Positions 1 through 12,311 of a DNA stretch of 64,000 nt are shown piece after piece. The stretch lies in assembly GCA_025201805.1 (NCBI GenBank), contig MU619271.1, positions 166,167-230,166 on the forward strand, read 5' to 3'. Made by a program: the position numbers and the translations under genes. Positions within the stretch are counted from its first letter, which is position 1. Every line of letters begins with the position of its first letter. The notes beneath the pieces are model-generated. The model saw only the letters and a list, made by a program, of their open reading frames with translations. It did no database searches and was not told where the DNA came from. Source of the DNA: Parasitella parasitica NRRL 2501. Taxonomy: Eukaryota; Fungi; Mucoromycota.

Positions 1-267
1 ATAGAATTTTCGTCTGAATTCGTGATAAAACGCTTGTTGACGACGGATACAAGTACGTTTACATCTAATCGATTGTTAACGGGAGGCATTTGAATTACTA
101 TTTTTGGAAAGAAGTGAAGTTTTTTTGAAGGTAAATGCAGTGAAAGTTTATAAACAAAACAAATTCGAATCATTTAAAAAATATCTGTGTATGCAAATAA
201 ACTTTGTACGCGTAGAGCGTAATTATAAAAAATCAAACCCTCATCTATTCAAAAATCTTCATTTAGC

Positions 268-305
268 ATCGGCCCAACTGGGCTGAATCGGCCCAAATGG
301 GCTGA
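268..305. repeat. Two tandem 19-bp imperfect palindromes (ATCGGCCCAACTGGGCTGA / ATCGGCCCAAATGGGCTGA), possibly a transposon subterminal motif
   Basis: Units at 268-286 and 287-305 differ by 1 nt; each is TCGGCCCA-NN-TGGGCTGA (7/8 self-complementary); GC-rich in an AT-rich context. Confidence 0.6.
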
Positions 306-356
306 CCTAATCTATACTTGTTAATTAGAACGGAGTGTACAGCTTAATAAATCGCC

Positions 357-1290
357 TTTTTTGGATTTTTTTAAGTTTTGTTTGTTGATTGATCCGCGTA
401 CAACAAGAGTAGAAGATCGAGTCAAAGAGGCGGTTGCAATTAAGAGAAAGCTGGGATAAGCGATAAGCTAAAAGGAAAAAAAAATTGTTGGAATAATATG
501 TTGAGAAATAAAATAATAAAAATAAAAATAAAAGGTAAAATACGATAGCGCGACAGTGCGATCAACTGACCACAAGAGTGAATGGCAACGATCCTCTTCA
601 ATGGTCTGTCGAACATTGGATCGGATAGAAACCATTATCGATGTAGGAACAATGGGCACTTGGTCAAAAATATATCTTATATGAGCAAGCCATATTTGAG
701 AGAGACTTATGAGGAGGATTCTGTATGGAGATATTCCTTGATACTGGCAATACCAAATATTGAAAAAATCCAGAGACAGAAGAGCCTGCTTGATACCAGA
801 GATGGATGTAGTAGGCCGCAGAAACTCAAAGATGACACCCTGCCATACCTGCTCCTTGGAGGGACAATGAAAGAGGAGATGAGTAGCAGAGTCAAACATG
901 GCAGGCATTATACAATGTGAAAAGCCACGGTGTGGGATACACCCGACAATGAACCGGTACACCACATTGCGCTGCATTGCAGTAAGAGACAAGGACCAAA
1001 ACAATTTCCAATAGCAGAAGAAACGTTGCGAAGAGTTGCTGGGGGAGTGACAATCGAGAGAACAGCCGAACGAAATGTTTTGGCGGAGGCCTGCGAGGTG
1101 ACAAAAGATCGACCATCGACGCAAAGAAGTTGATTCACAAAAGGAGCAAAAGATACCTCGGAGTCCTCGAGGGGAGCAGGGCCACAGACGGGTACGAAAT
1201 ACTGTATCCTAGACGTTTGGTACACGGAGGGCCGTGTTGAGAAGAAGCCAAGAGGAGGAAGAAAAAAGGAGACGACAAAGTTTGAGTATG
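357..1290 (-). mobile_element. L1-like non-LTR retrotransposon, 3' part (ORF2 C-terminus with zf-RVT-like region, 3' UTR, decayed poly-A), degenerate
   Basis: ORF 468-1124 contains WKLFWSLSL...RNVVYRF...HLLFHCPSKEQVWQ...QIWLAH, typical of the LINE ORF2 C-terminal Cys/His region; frameshifts upstream; T-runs at 357-373 on + read as a poly-A tail on -. Confidence 0.8.
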
Positions 1291-1291
1291 A

Positions 1292-1966
1292 ACATGGCTA
1301 CTCCAAAAAAGGCTCTTCAAGCGTAGTTGTAAATGCCACGAAGCGAGCTGTAAACCTGTCAATTTTTGCAGGCATCTCCTACCATGGCGTTGAAGATGTC
1401 TCAGTTAAAGTAGTCAAAGGAGGCACGACAGGGGAGATCTTTAAGGATTTTGTGAGTGGGATTATGAAGAAGCTGGATGATACCAATGCTGGTTCCCACT
1501 TTTTTGTGATGTATAATGCCTCCATTCACAAATCGCCTGCGGTAAAAGAGCTTTTAAGAACTCAAATCATCACATGTGCCTGTTGCCTCCTTATTCGCCT
1601 TTCCTCGACCATATTGAGGAGTGTTTATCGAAGCTGAAAACTTTGGTCAAAAGAAAACCAGGTTTGAGAGGCTCAAATGAATTGATTGAGCACATCAAAC
1701 AGAGTACTCATGAGATTTCTGACCAAAATTGCAAAGGATGGATTGATCACAGTATTCAGTTCTTTGCAGATTGCGCAGAAAAAAAAGAGGTTTATTAGTT
1801 TGCCAATAAAGATACGTGTCAAATCATACCGTTAGTACCATATGTATATGTAATGCCTTAGACAATTTTTTGCCGTTTTGATCTAATGTTTTTGCCAAAT
1901 TCAATAAACATTTTTGGCAAATTCAGATACAGGCTTAGCTGATTGCAGTTTTTTTTTGCTCATTTG
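1292..1966 (+). mobile_element. Tc1/mariner (IS630-like DDE) 3' half with right TIR, nested in the LINE; pseudogene
   Basis: Translation HGYSKKG..KRAVNLSIFAGISYHGVE..GGTTGEIFKDFV..FFVMYNASIH..LPPYSPFLDHIEECLSKLK (second catalytic D mutated, frameshift); terminus ...TTTGCTCATTTG at 1966 followed by TA, then LINE RT sequence resumes. Confidence 0.8.
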
Positions 1967-1968
1967 TA

Positions 1969-3452
1969 TTATAAATCCGGTACCATTTTCAGCAATAAAT
2001 CGTCCCGGAATGAGGTCCAATTGGTGTCGACTGCTCAGACGAGAAGATTATTCCATAATACGACGATTGATAATCCTGGTGAACAGTTTGTAGTCTGCAT
2101 TCGTCAACGACAATGGTCGGTAGCTTTGGATGTTCGCTGAGTCCCCTTTCTTGTACTGCAGGCACATCACCGACTCATTCCACGACTTTGGAAATTTACC
2201 TCGCTGAAGGGCAGTATTATACACTTCAGAAATCAAAGCTTGGCAAGGTGAAAATTTTAACACAAGATACAAGATTTCATAAGGTAGGCCATCTGGTCCA
2301 GGGCTACTTTTACGAGGAGTACGCTTACTTTCTTCCAGTAGGTCGTCAATGTCAATCTGTTCCATTAAACTGTCCTGCTGTTCTGATGAAAGTTTCAGGC
2401 TTGAAGGAATGGAACAAATGAGTCTTGTTAAGGCTGTAAAGTCAGGGGTAGAAGGAGTAAAAATCAGTAGTAGCTATCTTCGAAATAGTATATTGATCCT
2501 GAGAAGGTGTTTCCGTAATGGGATCCCTGAGTTCTCTGATTGTAAGCTTGTTTTCCCGAGCAGCACTAGTACGCTTCAAGAAACCTGCTGATTTATCCCC
2601 ATGCTCTCTCCAGTACTTGCCAGATTTCAATATCTCAATCTCGGCAATAGATTGCTACAAAGAAGCGATTTAGGCATTGATCCAATCCAGCCCTTGAAAG
2701 ATGAGACCTCTATGTTTGGAATATCTCATTGCTTTGTTCCGCTTGGCGAGCAATTTGTGCAATTGCTTCTTTCGCCAATTGAGATCCTTCCGCTGAAATT
2801 CTTTAACAAAAAGCTTAACGTCGCCTTTAATCCAATCCCATCGTTGTTGTGGGGTAAAAATTTTCGTGATCATGGTGAGTTGCTCCATATTAGACTCGAG
2901 ATGATGGGCAAGAGCCTGGCGAAAATCTGTATTGCGAGCAAGGAAGGGATTAGCCTTCCAACTGCCTGGTCCACGATTGGATGTGTCCGTATAATTAAAG
3001 GTGCAGCATAAGAGTTCATGGTCTGTCCACTCAGGAGACATATAATATTGATCTCTAGTCGTTATAAGATGATGAGAATTAGACGAGCAAAATATGTAAT
3101 CCAAGATTCCAGAATTGCGGCCACTATGCCAGGTAAACTTCTTATCCTCCCCAAAAACATCAATGTAGTGATCATCTAACAAATCGATTCACTCAGTAGG
3201 AGCACAGAGTAGACTGCCATCCATTCAACGATTTTTGTATTTATAGTTGAAATCCCCCATAATAAATGTAGTGTTGTTGTTATTATAATTAGTAAGAGTC
3301 TCCCTGAAAATAGGAATAGACAGTAATTCAGAATAAAATGCTGATCTAGCGGATAGTAATGCCGATTGACCATAAATATTTAGGATAGTTACAATTGGTG
3401 GTATAGTAGGTGAGTCGGCCCGTTCTTGTTGGGTTAAATAGATCGATGCCAA
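1969..3452 (-). mobile_element. L1-like LINE ORF2 5' part: APE endonuclease and start of reverse transcriptase, degenerate
   Basis: ILNIYG, FIMGDFN, LDYIF, WTDH (APE motifs); WKANP; WREHGDKSAGFLKR; KSSPGPDGLPYE; YRPLSLTNADYKLFTRII; PGRFIAEN (RT N-terminal motifs); several stops and frameshifts. Confidence 0.9.
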
Positions 3453-4760
3453 AATGACTTTTTTGGATTTCGAATCTGCTAATTTGGTTGATTCAAGCTA
3501 TTTCGCCCGACTTTCAACATGATTTACTCTGTTGAAAGAGATCTTATTTCAAATCAAAATACATGACCATTTATTTCACGCTTTGTTGCATACGCACATA
3601 TTTTTTTATAGTTTTCTAAAGCTTCTATATATTTTTAATTAGTTTTTGAAAATGAGATATACTTGATTTAACGCCGACTTCTCAAAAATTCGAAACTTGA
3701 ATGGGAATTACAAAACCAAACAAAGCAATTATACACTCGATTCCTCGCTGGATTGTGTTTTTTTGCTGTGTTTTTGTATGTCTTTATATATGCGAATTCG
3801 AATGGCGTGAATTGACTATGCGTGAAATTTGAGTCTTATTTTTTCAGTTATGCCCTTTTAGTTATACCATTCCATTATAGTCTTAACCTAGCTCGATAAG
3901 CACTTTCTTCGGCTTTAAAAAAATGTTCTCGTACATGCACATTTATATTTTCTAATGGGAACATCGGGGAGGCCGTGGCTAAAATTAATTTTCATGACAA
4001 TATTTGTCGTGCTCAATGTTGTTTTCGGGACACGGTTCTTGAAAAAAAAGTGTCTTACTAATTCAAATAGGATTTGTGAAAGACTACTGCCAGGATTTCA
4101 TGTCATGTCGAATGGAGAATGTCAAAAGTTCAATTTGGTTTTGGGCAACTTAGCCTGCCAATAAACAAAGTTAGTAAGCTAGCGCACAACTTCGGCATGT
4201 CTTCAGGAGAACATATGACTTTAGAACAAGATTAATTGTTGTCATTAATCTAATTTCCACCACTCAATATAAAAGTGACAAAACGATGGAAACAATAATA
4301 GTTTCAGATTTTTTTGGTTTGCATGATAGCAATAAACAATTTTGATTGGCATGAATCAACGCATATATAAACCGTAGTTAATAATGGGGGATGGGTCTTT
4401 TATCTATAGCAGATTCGAAAAATGCATAAAACTTATCCATTTTTTAGTTTCCAAATTCGTCTATATTCATAATGTAGAGGTTATCTGACATAGATAACCT
4501 ACATCAATTCACAAGCTCACAGCTTTACTGATTTCTATAAAGAATACAAGCTATTTCTATCTTCTAATTACTTCTAAAATTAAACAACATTTTCTTAGCA
4601 CACTATTTCATATATGCTACAAATAATATTCTATTATATAAAAAACTCAAAAATTATACAAAACAGTTCCAATGAAACAAACTATTCAAAAAAGCGAGGT
4701 TTAAAATTTGAAACTCCGATATTCCAAAACAATTGCCACTGGCAATTTGGGCGACCGATG

Positions 4761-4930
4761 GTCAGCGATTGGACGTAATTTTGACATGTAAATTTGTGAT
4801 AACTTTATTGATATCAATAAAAACATGGATATCAATGTTGTTGCCAGATAGCGCCAAGTCAATGCTAAGTTTTCCAAGTTAGATCTCGGTTCTTCAGTGA
4901 TTTTAGCACAAGTTATGAGCAAATATCTGA
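4761..4930 (-). repeat. Dispersed repeat A, copy 1 (inverted relative to 26249-26420)
   Basis: Reverse complement (AGATATTTGCTCATAACTTGTGCTA...AACTTGGAAAACTTAGCATTGACTTGG...CTATCTG...ATCCATGTT...ATAAAGTTATC...AATCGCTGAC) aligns by eye with 26249-26420. Confidence 0.75.
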
Positions 4931-5198
4931 CGTTAATTGCTGTATCGTTAGAATACTATAGTTATAACTATTTCAACTCAGCTGTCATGATAACGGTTTC
5001 TGATCGGATCTAAGGTTAAATGGCATTGGCCAATGTTTGTAGTGAATATAAGTAATGAATAGAATGTCTTGTATAAGAAACCATCTCTTTGGGTGCTATT
5101 CATTCTAATTTGCGAAGCTCAACTTATCGATGAATGATTCACATTCATAATGATTACCTGATCATATATTAAAATAGGTCTTGCTCTAGTGTTAAAAT

Positions 5199-5628
5199 TG
5201 TTGTGTCAGTGGTGTCAAAGGGCGCAGCGTAATGTTATGTAAATATGATTTATATAAAGTTATAATGACTTTTCTGAGTAAAACCAGATCAAAGCTGAAG
5301 ACTTTTATTGACATAAGATATGATCCCAACTAATGTTTATCCACATAACATCTGATGTTTGATAAGAAGTGTCAAACCTTATTAAAACATAGCATTTTCA
5401 GGACAGACCTATCTTTCTATTTTACATTAAAGAGAAGATTGGGTAGGATGCCTTCCCGACATCCCGCGATCTGGTCTAGATGTATTCTTTGAATAATCCT
5501 GGAACCTTGCAAAAGGTCCAATTACAATTTCTAGCTTATTCCTTATTTGTAAAAAAATTACCGAAAATTAATATCATGATCCGTGCATTATGACTAAGTT
5601 AGATATAACATATGTAGCCTTTATATGG
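5199..5628 (+). repeat. Dispersed repeat B, copy 1 (direct repeat of 52261-52719)
   Basis: Long identical blocks, e.g. CTGAAGACTTTTATTGACATAAGAT, TCTATTTTACATTAAAGAGAAGATTGGGTAGGATG and ACATATGTAGCCTTTATATGG, are present in both copies. Confidence 0.85.
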
Positions 5629-8400
5629 TTACAACAAAAATATTGTTTGACAATTAAATGTCAAGCATGATCTGATTGTATTTTATAGATGGAATCAGAT
5701 AGATTTGTTCTACTATAAATAGACAGCTTCTTGTCAATTAATAAATCAATAGTTTTGTATCTGGTAAATTAAGTCTTTATTATTTCTTTAGATTCTTTAT
5801 ATCATATACAAGCACTTGCTATCCTCAGTTTCAAGACCTGGCACAACAGCATTCTTTTACTTTTTGAAAGTCTTTGCTTTTTGCGGATAACGTCTATCCA
5901 GGAAGATTTTTTTTTATCAGCTTTATCACATTTTTACAATTTTTCGCTATGCTGTTTTACCCTGGTACAAGCGTATGCTAGTAAGCAGCTTTTTTTGGAA
6001 GCGGATGGCAATGGTGACCAGAAATTCAGTCGAATCAGTGCCCGTAAACTAACTTGCAACAGCATTGATGTGTCAATTTCCCAACCGGAAGTCAAACTCA
6101 AGTAAACTCAATCCTGAACACAATTCAGGAACATATCCCAATGGATCATGTTCCTTATTTATAACTCAACATGACATGTTCATGGACAATAGATACAACC
6201 TATCGTTCCATTCTCTAAATCACACCATGTCTCACACTTGTATCTTATCCTCCCATCAGCCCATTTAGATTCACTAGTATATAAACCATCATTTTTTTCC
6301 ATGTAATAAACGAGAGATTTACCTGATTAATTTACAACCGTTTTATTTGAATAATTTCTCATTCTGATAAATCAAGTATATTATACGCAACTTTATAATT
6401 TTTTGGCAAACCAGGATTTCTCTCATTTTAGGCCCTGAGTCCGACGGTGTAAGGAATAAGTACATAGTCATTTTGACAAGTTTGTGATTAATATGGATGG
6501 ATTAATATATTCATCGAACAATTATGGAAGTCATATTCTATTGAAGTTTCAATAGAAATTAACAAAAGATTTTGAAGAAAGGTGCCCCCAACCGAAAAAA
6601 AGTGATTATCGTAAACTTTACTAACCATCAAAATAAGCTCAAGGTGGTTGACAGAGCAATTGTTAAACAAGATGCATCTGATTTGATACTGTTTAATTGT
6701 CGTTCCGCTTCCAACAAACCTGTTCATCTCTGGAAGCATTCTTAGCACACAGTTTGTTAAGCAGTACTCTGGGCCGGTTGGAAAAAATGGTAGAATGGAT
6801 AATAATTAAAGTAATCCTTGGGCCATTGGTAACAACATACTACCAAAAAAAAACCCCCCAGCTGATTTAATGACTTCGTACAAATAATGGCAATTAGTTT
6901 GTGATATTTCATTGATATCTGGTCAGTTATCTCTATCTTCCAATTATATCATCTTGAAAATGAAAACAAATTTCTGTAGCCAACCTCATTATACCATAAT
7001 AAAGGTCCTCGAGTCATTTCCCAATTGGCGCTATTTTGCTTTAGAAGCTACATTTCATTTTGTATAAGACGTCATTTATATTTTTCGAAACAAAACACTT
7101 TATTCAGATTTGGGCCTTAAGAAGGAATCACATTCATTGAAACAATATTATGCTTGTTTAACTTGGTTATATTGGTTCATCATAAAATTAAAAACTGTAT
7201 CCTAGGGACTACAAAATCGAGACCACCAAGTGAGCAACATCTGCTATCCCTAAAGGTACCTCACTAGTCTATACCTCTAGTTTATCAGTGACACTTTGGG
7301 CAATAGGCAAATTCTCTAATGCAAAGAGCTTTCATTTTACTATGGATAATGCCCTAATCCATAGCTATGATATTAAAATAAAATTACTTACTCCCAGTTA
7401 AATGAAATAATTTAGGCAATATGGATATTATTACTAGAAGGTTTAAGGAAGGAAGTGAAGACAAGGAATTTGTCACTTTTCAAATGATATGCGCTCGTAA
7501 TCCAGGTGGCTAAAATGAGCTTATCGATCTAATTTCAAATAAAATGGATTACATTTTTCCATCTTTTTAAGTACAACAAGTATAAATATAATCATTGTTG
7601 TAACCACAATTGACGAGAGAAGATTAGCATTAACATTGTTTCATTTAAAATAAGGTACTGTTGGTATCTCAATCAACAATGATGAAATTGAGAACGCAAT
7701 AAAGTAAGAAATAGAAGCAATGAAATAATCCTATTGGCACTCATCAATTTATATTATGAGCAACGAATAAAGAAGGAATCGCTCGAGTCCTCATTACAGA
7801 CGTTGCTGGTATATCAAATATGAATACTGCGTAAAGATAGTCAAAACGTTCATTAAAATATATTTCGTTTGGAAACAATCCGAGTATTAAATGGTGCATG
7901 AGAATCTGGTCAAGGCCATGCTTACGATTTATCCAAAGCAGCATTGAACGTGTCGACTCGTTTAACTGAAATAAAACTTTGTTTTATTGAATTTTGCTCT
8001 TCATTCAGACAGAGCTTCTATAACTTTTTAGAGGAGACCACGTCCCTTTTATGGCCCAAAATTGGGTTCATGGATGTTATGTAAATCAATAGTTGCACAT
8101 CCAGTATCAGAGGCAGGAAAAACCTTAAAAAAGAAAAGAACTTGCGTAATAACCCATTTTCGGAGCTTCCGGCTAAATGCTTCATGCAATCACGGTGTCA
8201 AAGATGCATTACAGCAGTAACGGTGATCGACAGTGCATTTGTCAGCATCTTAATAATCTCAATTGTTGGAATGTCTTGGAAAAAACGTCATAGTTTTTGT
8301 TTTTTTGCATCATCGCGAGCAAAAATGAGTATAAAAGAATCGCCCCAAAAAACGTAATAAGCAATTTAAATAATTGTCTATTATTATACAACGAAAACAA

Positions 8401-9248
8401 ATGTCCTCAACTTACGTCGTAACTGGTGCTTCTCGCGGCCTTGGCCTTGAATTTGTAAGGCAATTGGCTAAAAAGGGCAACACAGTATTTGCATGTGCTC
8501 GCAATCCTGGCAACGCAGACAAACTTAAAGAGCTGGTCGATGACAAACATGTTTTTGCCATCAAATTTGATACTACCGATTTAGAGTCTATCAAGGTAAA
8601 AGAAAATACAATTAGGTATCCAGTATAAATTGTGTGTAATTGACAGTTGTTTCTATCAAGTCTGGTGTTGAAGAAATTTCCAAACATGCACCTCAAGGCA
8701 TTGATGTTTTGATCAATAATGCTGGTATTGGTGGTGGAAACTCCAAGAACCCCCAAACCTTGTATGTATTCAATTGTTGGAGATAGTCCTATGCATATGC
8801 TAACTCTAGCCTGGAAATTAGATTAGAGGAGGATTTGATAAATATCTTCCAAACCAATGTTGTAGGTGTATCGAATGTCACCAAGGCGTTTTTGCCATTG
8901 CTTCAAAAGCGCGGCCATGATCATGTCAAAAAAATTTTGAACATATCCTCTATTCTTGGCTCAATTGAGCTTATTAATCAAATTGCTCCCACTGGTTCTC
9001 AACCTGCATACAACATTTCAAAAGCTGCTTTGAATATGTATGTCAAAATGTTATCTAACAATCTCGCCAAGGAAAACTTTATTGTTTATTCCAGCCACCC
9101 GGGTTGGGTACGCACGGATATGGGAGGTGAATCTGCTCCTGTCGAAGTTGAAGACTCTATTAAGGGACAATTAGCCAAACTTGAAAGCGCTACTGCAAAG
9201 GATAATGGAGGTTTCTTTGATTTCGAAGGAAAAGCTCTTCCTTGGTAA
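8401..9248 (+). CDS. Short-chain dehydrogenase/reductase (classical SDR, C-factor/CsgA-like); 3 exons: 8401-8595, 8661-8761, 8822-9248
   Basis: TGASRGLG, DVLINNAG, ILNISS, YNISK (YxxxK), HPGWVRTDMGG; GT-AG introns keep the frame. Confidence 0.93.
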
Positions 9249-10539
9249 AGTAGCAAGGTCCATCACTAGGATAATTTAAACACACATGTATCAATAAAGC
9301 ATTGCTGATTTCAAACGCTCTCGCATTCCGCCTATCAATGTTATTTACGCCAATAATAGGCAGACAAGTAGTTAGCATATAAGTGTAAATTGCCTGAAAT
9401 AGTATGTGATCTGGTACCGTAGCTGAATCATCATTAGGCGACATGATCTTGCGTTATCTTGAAACTTAATTTCTACTGTAGTTTTAAACTATTGTTTATG
9501 TTTTTGTCGATATAGCCTACATTTTCTATATATTCTAAAAATTAAGCGTCCAAAAGATGTAGTACGTAAATATCTATACATTTTTCGGTGGTACTTTTGA
9601 TGCATTTGACGTTTTTGTTGTTTTTAGTAGGTTAAGAAGATTAGAACGCAAGATTATTCTTGATTTGATGTCCTACGATCTTCATTGTCAATCACTTGTG
9701 CTAGTTTCAACTGAGCAGTTTTGGACAGGACTATCTGATGCAAACCTTAGTCAACATATTGAAGTGTATTAGTTTCCTTTGTTGTACGTCTATATTTTGT
9801 ATTCGAAAACTAGCAAAAATAAATCTTGGTCTTCTTTACCACCTTCTCGCTACTCTTATACAAACCACGGATTTTTATCAATAAAATGAAGCTTTATTGT
9901 ATGCATTGTAATTGTGCTCCTTTATCTTTTTCTGTTTTGCACGAGACCTACAATTAGGCATAGCAAAATCACGAAATGTAGAGATTCCATACGGAGAAGG
10001 AGGTGATTTAGAAGTATAGAAAGGTACAACAGTTACGGGAAAAAAGGCTGCAGTGGAGAGCATAATGTCAGATATACAATTTAAAGACGACAGCCCTTGT
10101 GCTTTTAAGTATAGTAAATTATACAAATCTTTTACGTAGTATGTGTCAGGTTTTAGCTCAATAATTCTGATATAAGGATGAATGCATATGTAACTAGCAA
10201 AATAATAGTGAGAAAAGCCTAATAAAGGTTACAAAGTAAGATAAAAACAGCATAACAAAAATATAGATGATTTTTGCAAAGGAAAAATTTATATACCATT
10301 ATTTATAAAACTGGATAAACTGTAATACTAAAGTACAAAGCAAAATGTATGCATTTTATAGAGAATGACATATAACAAAACGTAAACAACCAGAGAAAAT
10401 ATCTACTTAAGATCTTGGCTTCTTTCTGGTTGTATCTGTAGAGGAATAAAAGTTCAGGCTTGTCCAAACAGCTATTAAACCAAGAAATATCGTCATTGTT
10501 GATATTGTTAGTGGGTATGGTATCCAATACTTATTGACA

Positions 10540-11501
10540 ACCTTGAAGTAAGTTAAGGTGGCCACGATTGTAGGAAAGATAGTCGAACCAAGATGAGAGA
10601 CGCTGCTACCAATCTCGATGGTTTTATGTCGTCTCACCCTTGGGAGGTATATAGTGGGGCGATTTAGCTCAATTAAAGTACAAGCAAGTCCACAGATTTA
10701 ACAGAAGTTGATCTTTGGTCAAGATTTACTCTCGTCAACAGGCAATCCAGCATATCCTTGAGAGCATGCGGTAACTTGTAAGGATGACGATAATAAATCA
10801 AGATGATAAATTGCATGCAGACAACATGAAACGGAAGATGTATGGTAGAAACTCTCGTTTATGAACTTGGTTCCTCACAGTATCTTGATCCTTTGCCCCT
10901 GACTCACTTGCTCCGCATTTTTCAAATAGTGTTTCCCACACAGCTTGATAGCTATATTCGTCTGCCTCATTTTGAATTTGTTCAAAAAGCGCTCAAAGCC
11001 TTTGGACGTTTGTGGACGCTTTTGCTCCTTGCACTCAACAATTTCGTTCAATTCGGCATGTGTAAACACTTTGTACGCCTCGAGGTCCATAATAAACGAC
11101 CTGGCGGGATGTTCGTGATTGCATTGTACGCCAAATAAAAACTGCTGATCGTCAACACACTTAATAGTTGACAAATACCAATTCTTAGACGAATCAAATT
11201 TCTTAAAGTGTCCCTCAAATTTTAGGTTATGCTCTTCGATACCAGTCTTTAGTGTACTGATCATAACTGGTTTGGCAGCAATGTTGATATTGGCGGCACT
11301 AGCACGATTTGCACTAGCACTAGCGGTAATAATTGAACTAATAGTAGCAGATTCCATTGTATTTCTGGTCTTCATGTAGAAATGCTGATCAACGACAGTA
11401 TTATTTAATAACTACTGAAAATTAAAACATTGTTAGCATCTACCTCTCTTATTGTCTATTGGTAGTAAGACAATTACTTGGTTGACATCCTTCTTTACTC
11501 A
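10540..11501 (-). pseudogene. Decayed member of a Mucorales multicopy family resembling CR(crinkler-RHS)-type REase-fold proteins
   Basis: N-part NWYLSTIKCVDDQQFLFGVQCNHEHPARSFIMD; after an apparent internal deletion the - strand reads YKLPHALKDMLDCL...LIELNRPTIYLPRVRRHKTIEIGSSVSHLGSTIFP; stops and frameshifts. Family assigned from memory of the motifs. Confidence 0.55.
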
Positions 11502-11809
11502 TGTAGCCCAAAGATTGCAAGATTTATGACTAGGATTATTTGATGATCAAGGATTTCTTGCATTCCGTGTATTCTTCACATCCCGATAAAGCGGCAAATC
11601 GAGTACAGTATAAATTAGTATTTATCAAGTTTCGTTCCTTTTGTAGATAGTTTGGCAATTGAAAAAAAGTAACACGAAAGAGCTTGCACTTTTTGAAGAA
11701 AAAAGTTGTCGCATTTATACGATGAGCTACCATTTATTTTTTGAAAGCGGACAAGGAAGAGCTACTATAAACAAGGACAGATACGATGCTATGATGGAAC
11801 TTACAGAGG

Positions 11810-12311
11810 AGAAAGACCCGCATAAATAGACGAATTAGCACCTTATTCTGCTTTCATGGCAGCAGCAAGCAACATGATTGCCAGAGACAACCAAGATTAA
11901 GACGTCGAGCCAATAGCAAGCTGCGCCAAAGGGCACAGTAACCAATCAGTACCTCAACTTCACTGAAAATGTTCTGGACAAAATAGACAAGTATCCTGAG
12001 ATGAAGGGGGCATTACTTGATAATGGAGAAAGCTCCCATTTATATATCCAAAAAAAAAAAATCAAGGTGGTGTTGAAACTTGCGGTTACAAATGTATTTA
12101 TCTGCCAGCATAATCTCTTGAGCTCAATCCAATAGAACAGTTTTGGCCTGTTATTAAGAATAATGTAAAGAAAGAATTTGTGCTCAAGAAAAATACACTT
12201 CCTGCCATTATTGAGAATACTAGTAACAAGTTACCACCTTCATCTTTTGAAGGATTTGCTCGTTATTCGGTGAAACCCTTATAGGATTGTCTAAATGGCC
12301 TTCCAATTTAA
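11810..12311 (+). pseudogene. Tc1/mariner DDE transposase pseudogene (C-terminal half)
   Basis: KGTVTNQYLNF..VLDKIDKYPEMKG.YLIME.APIY..GYKCIYLPA*SLELNPIEQFWPVIK..DCLNGLPI*; frameshifts and in-frame stops; not in the ORF track. Confidence 0.85.

Noticed and set aside
6112-6155. Two overlapping alternative hairpins
   Set aside because: Short, with no context or second copy; consistent with chance.
6480-6850. Possible LINE ORF1-like relic (VIIVNFTNHQNKLKVV...)
   Set aside because: Resemblance too faint and fragmented to call.
9878-10527. Hydrophobic short ORFs suggesting a membrane protein
   Set aside because: T-rich strand bias with multiple stops in all frames; no consistent splice model.
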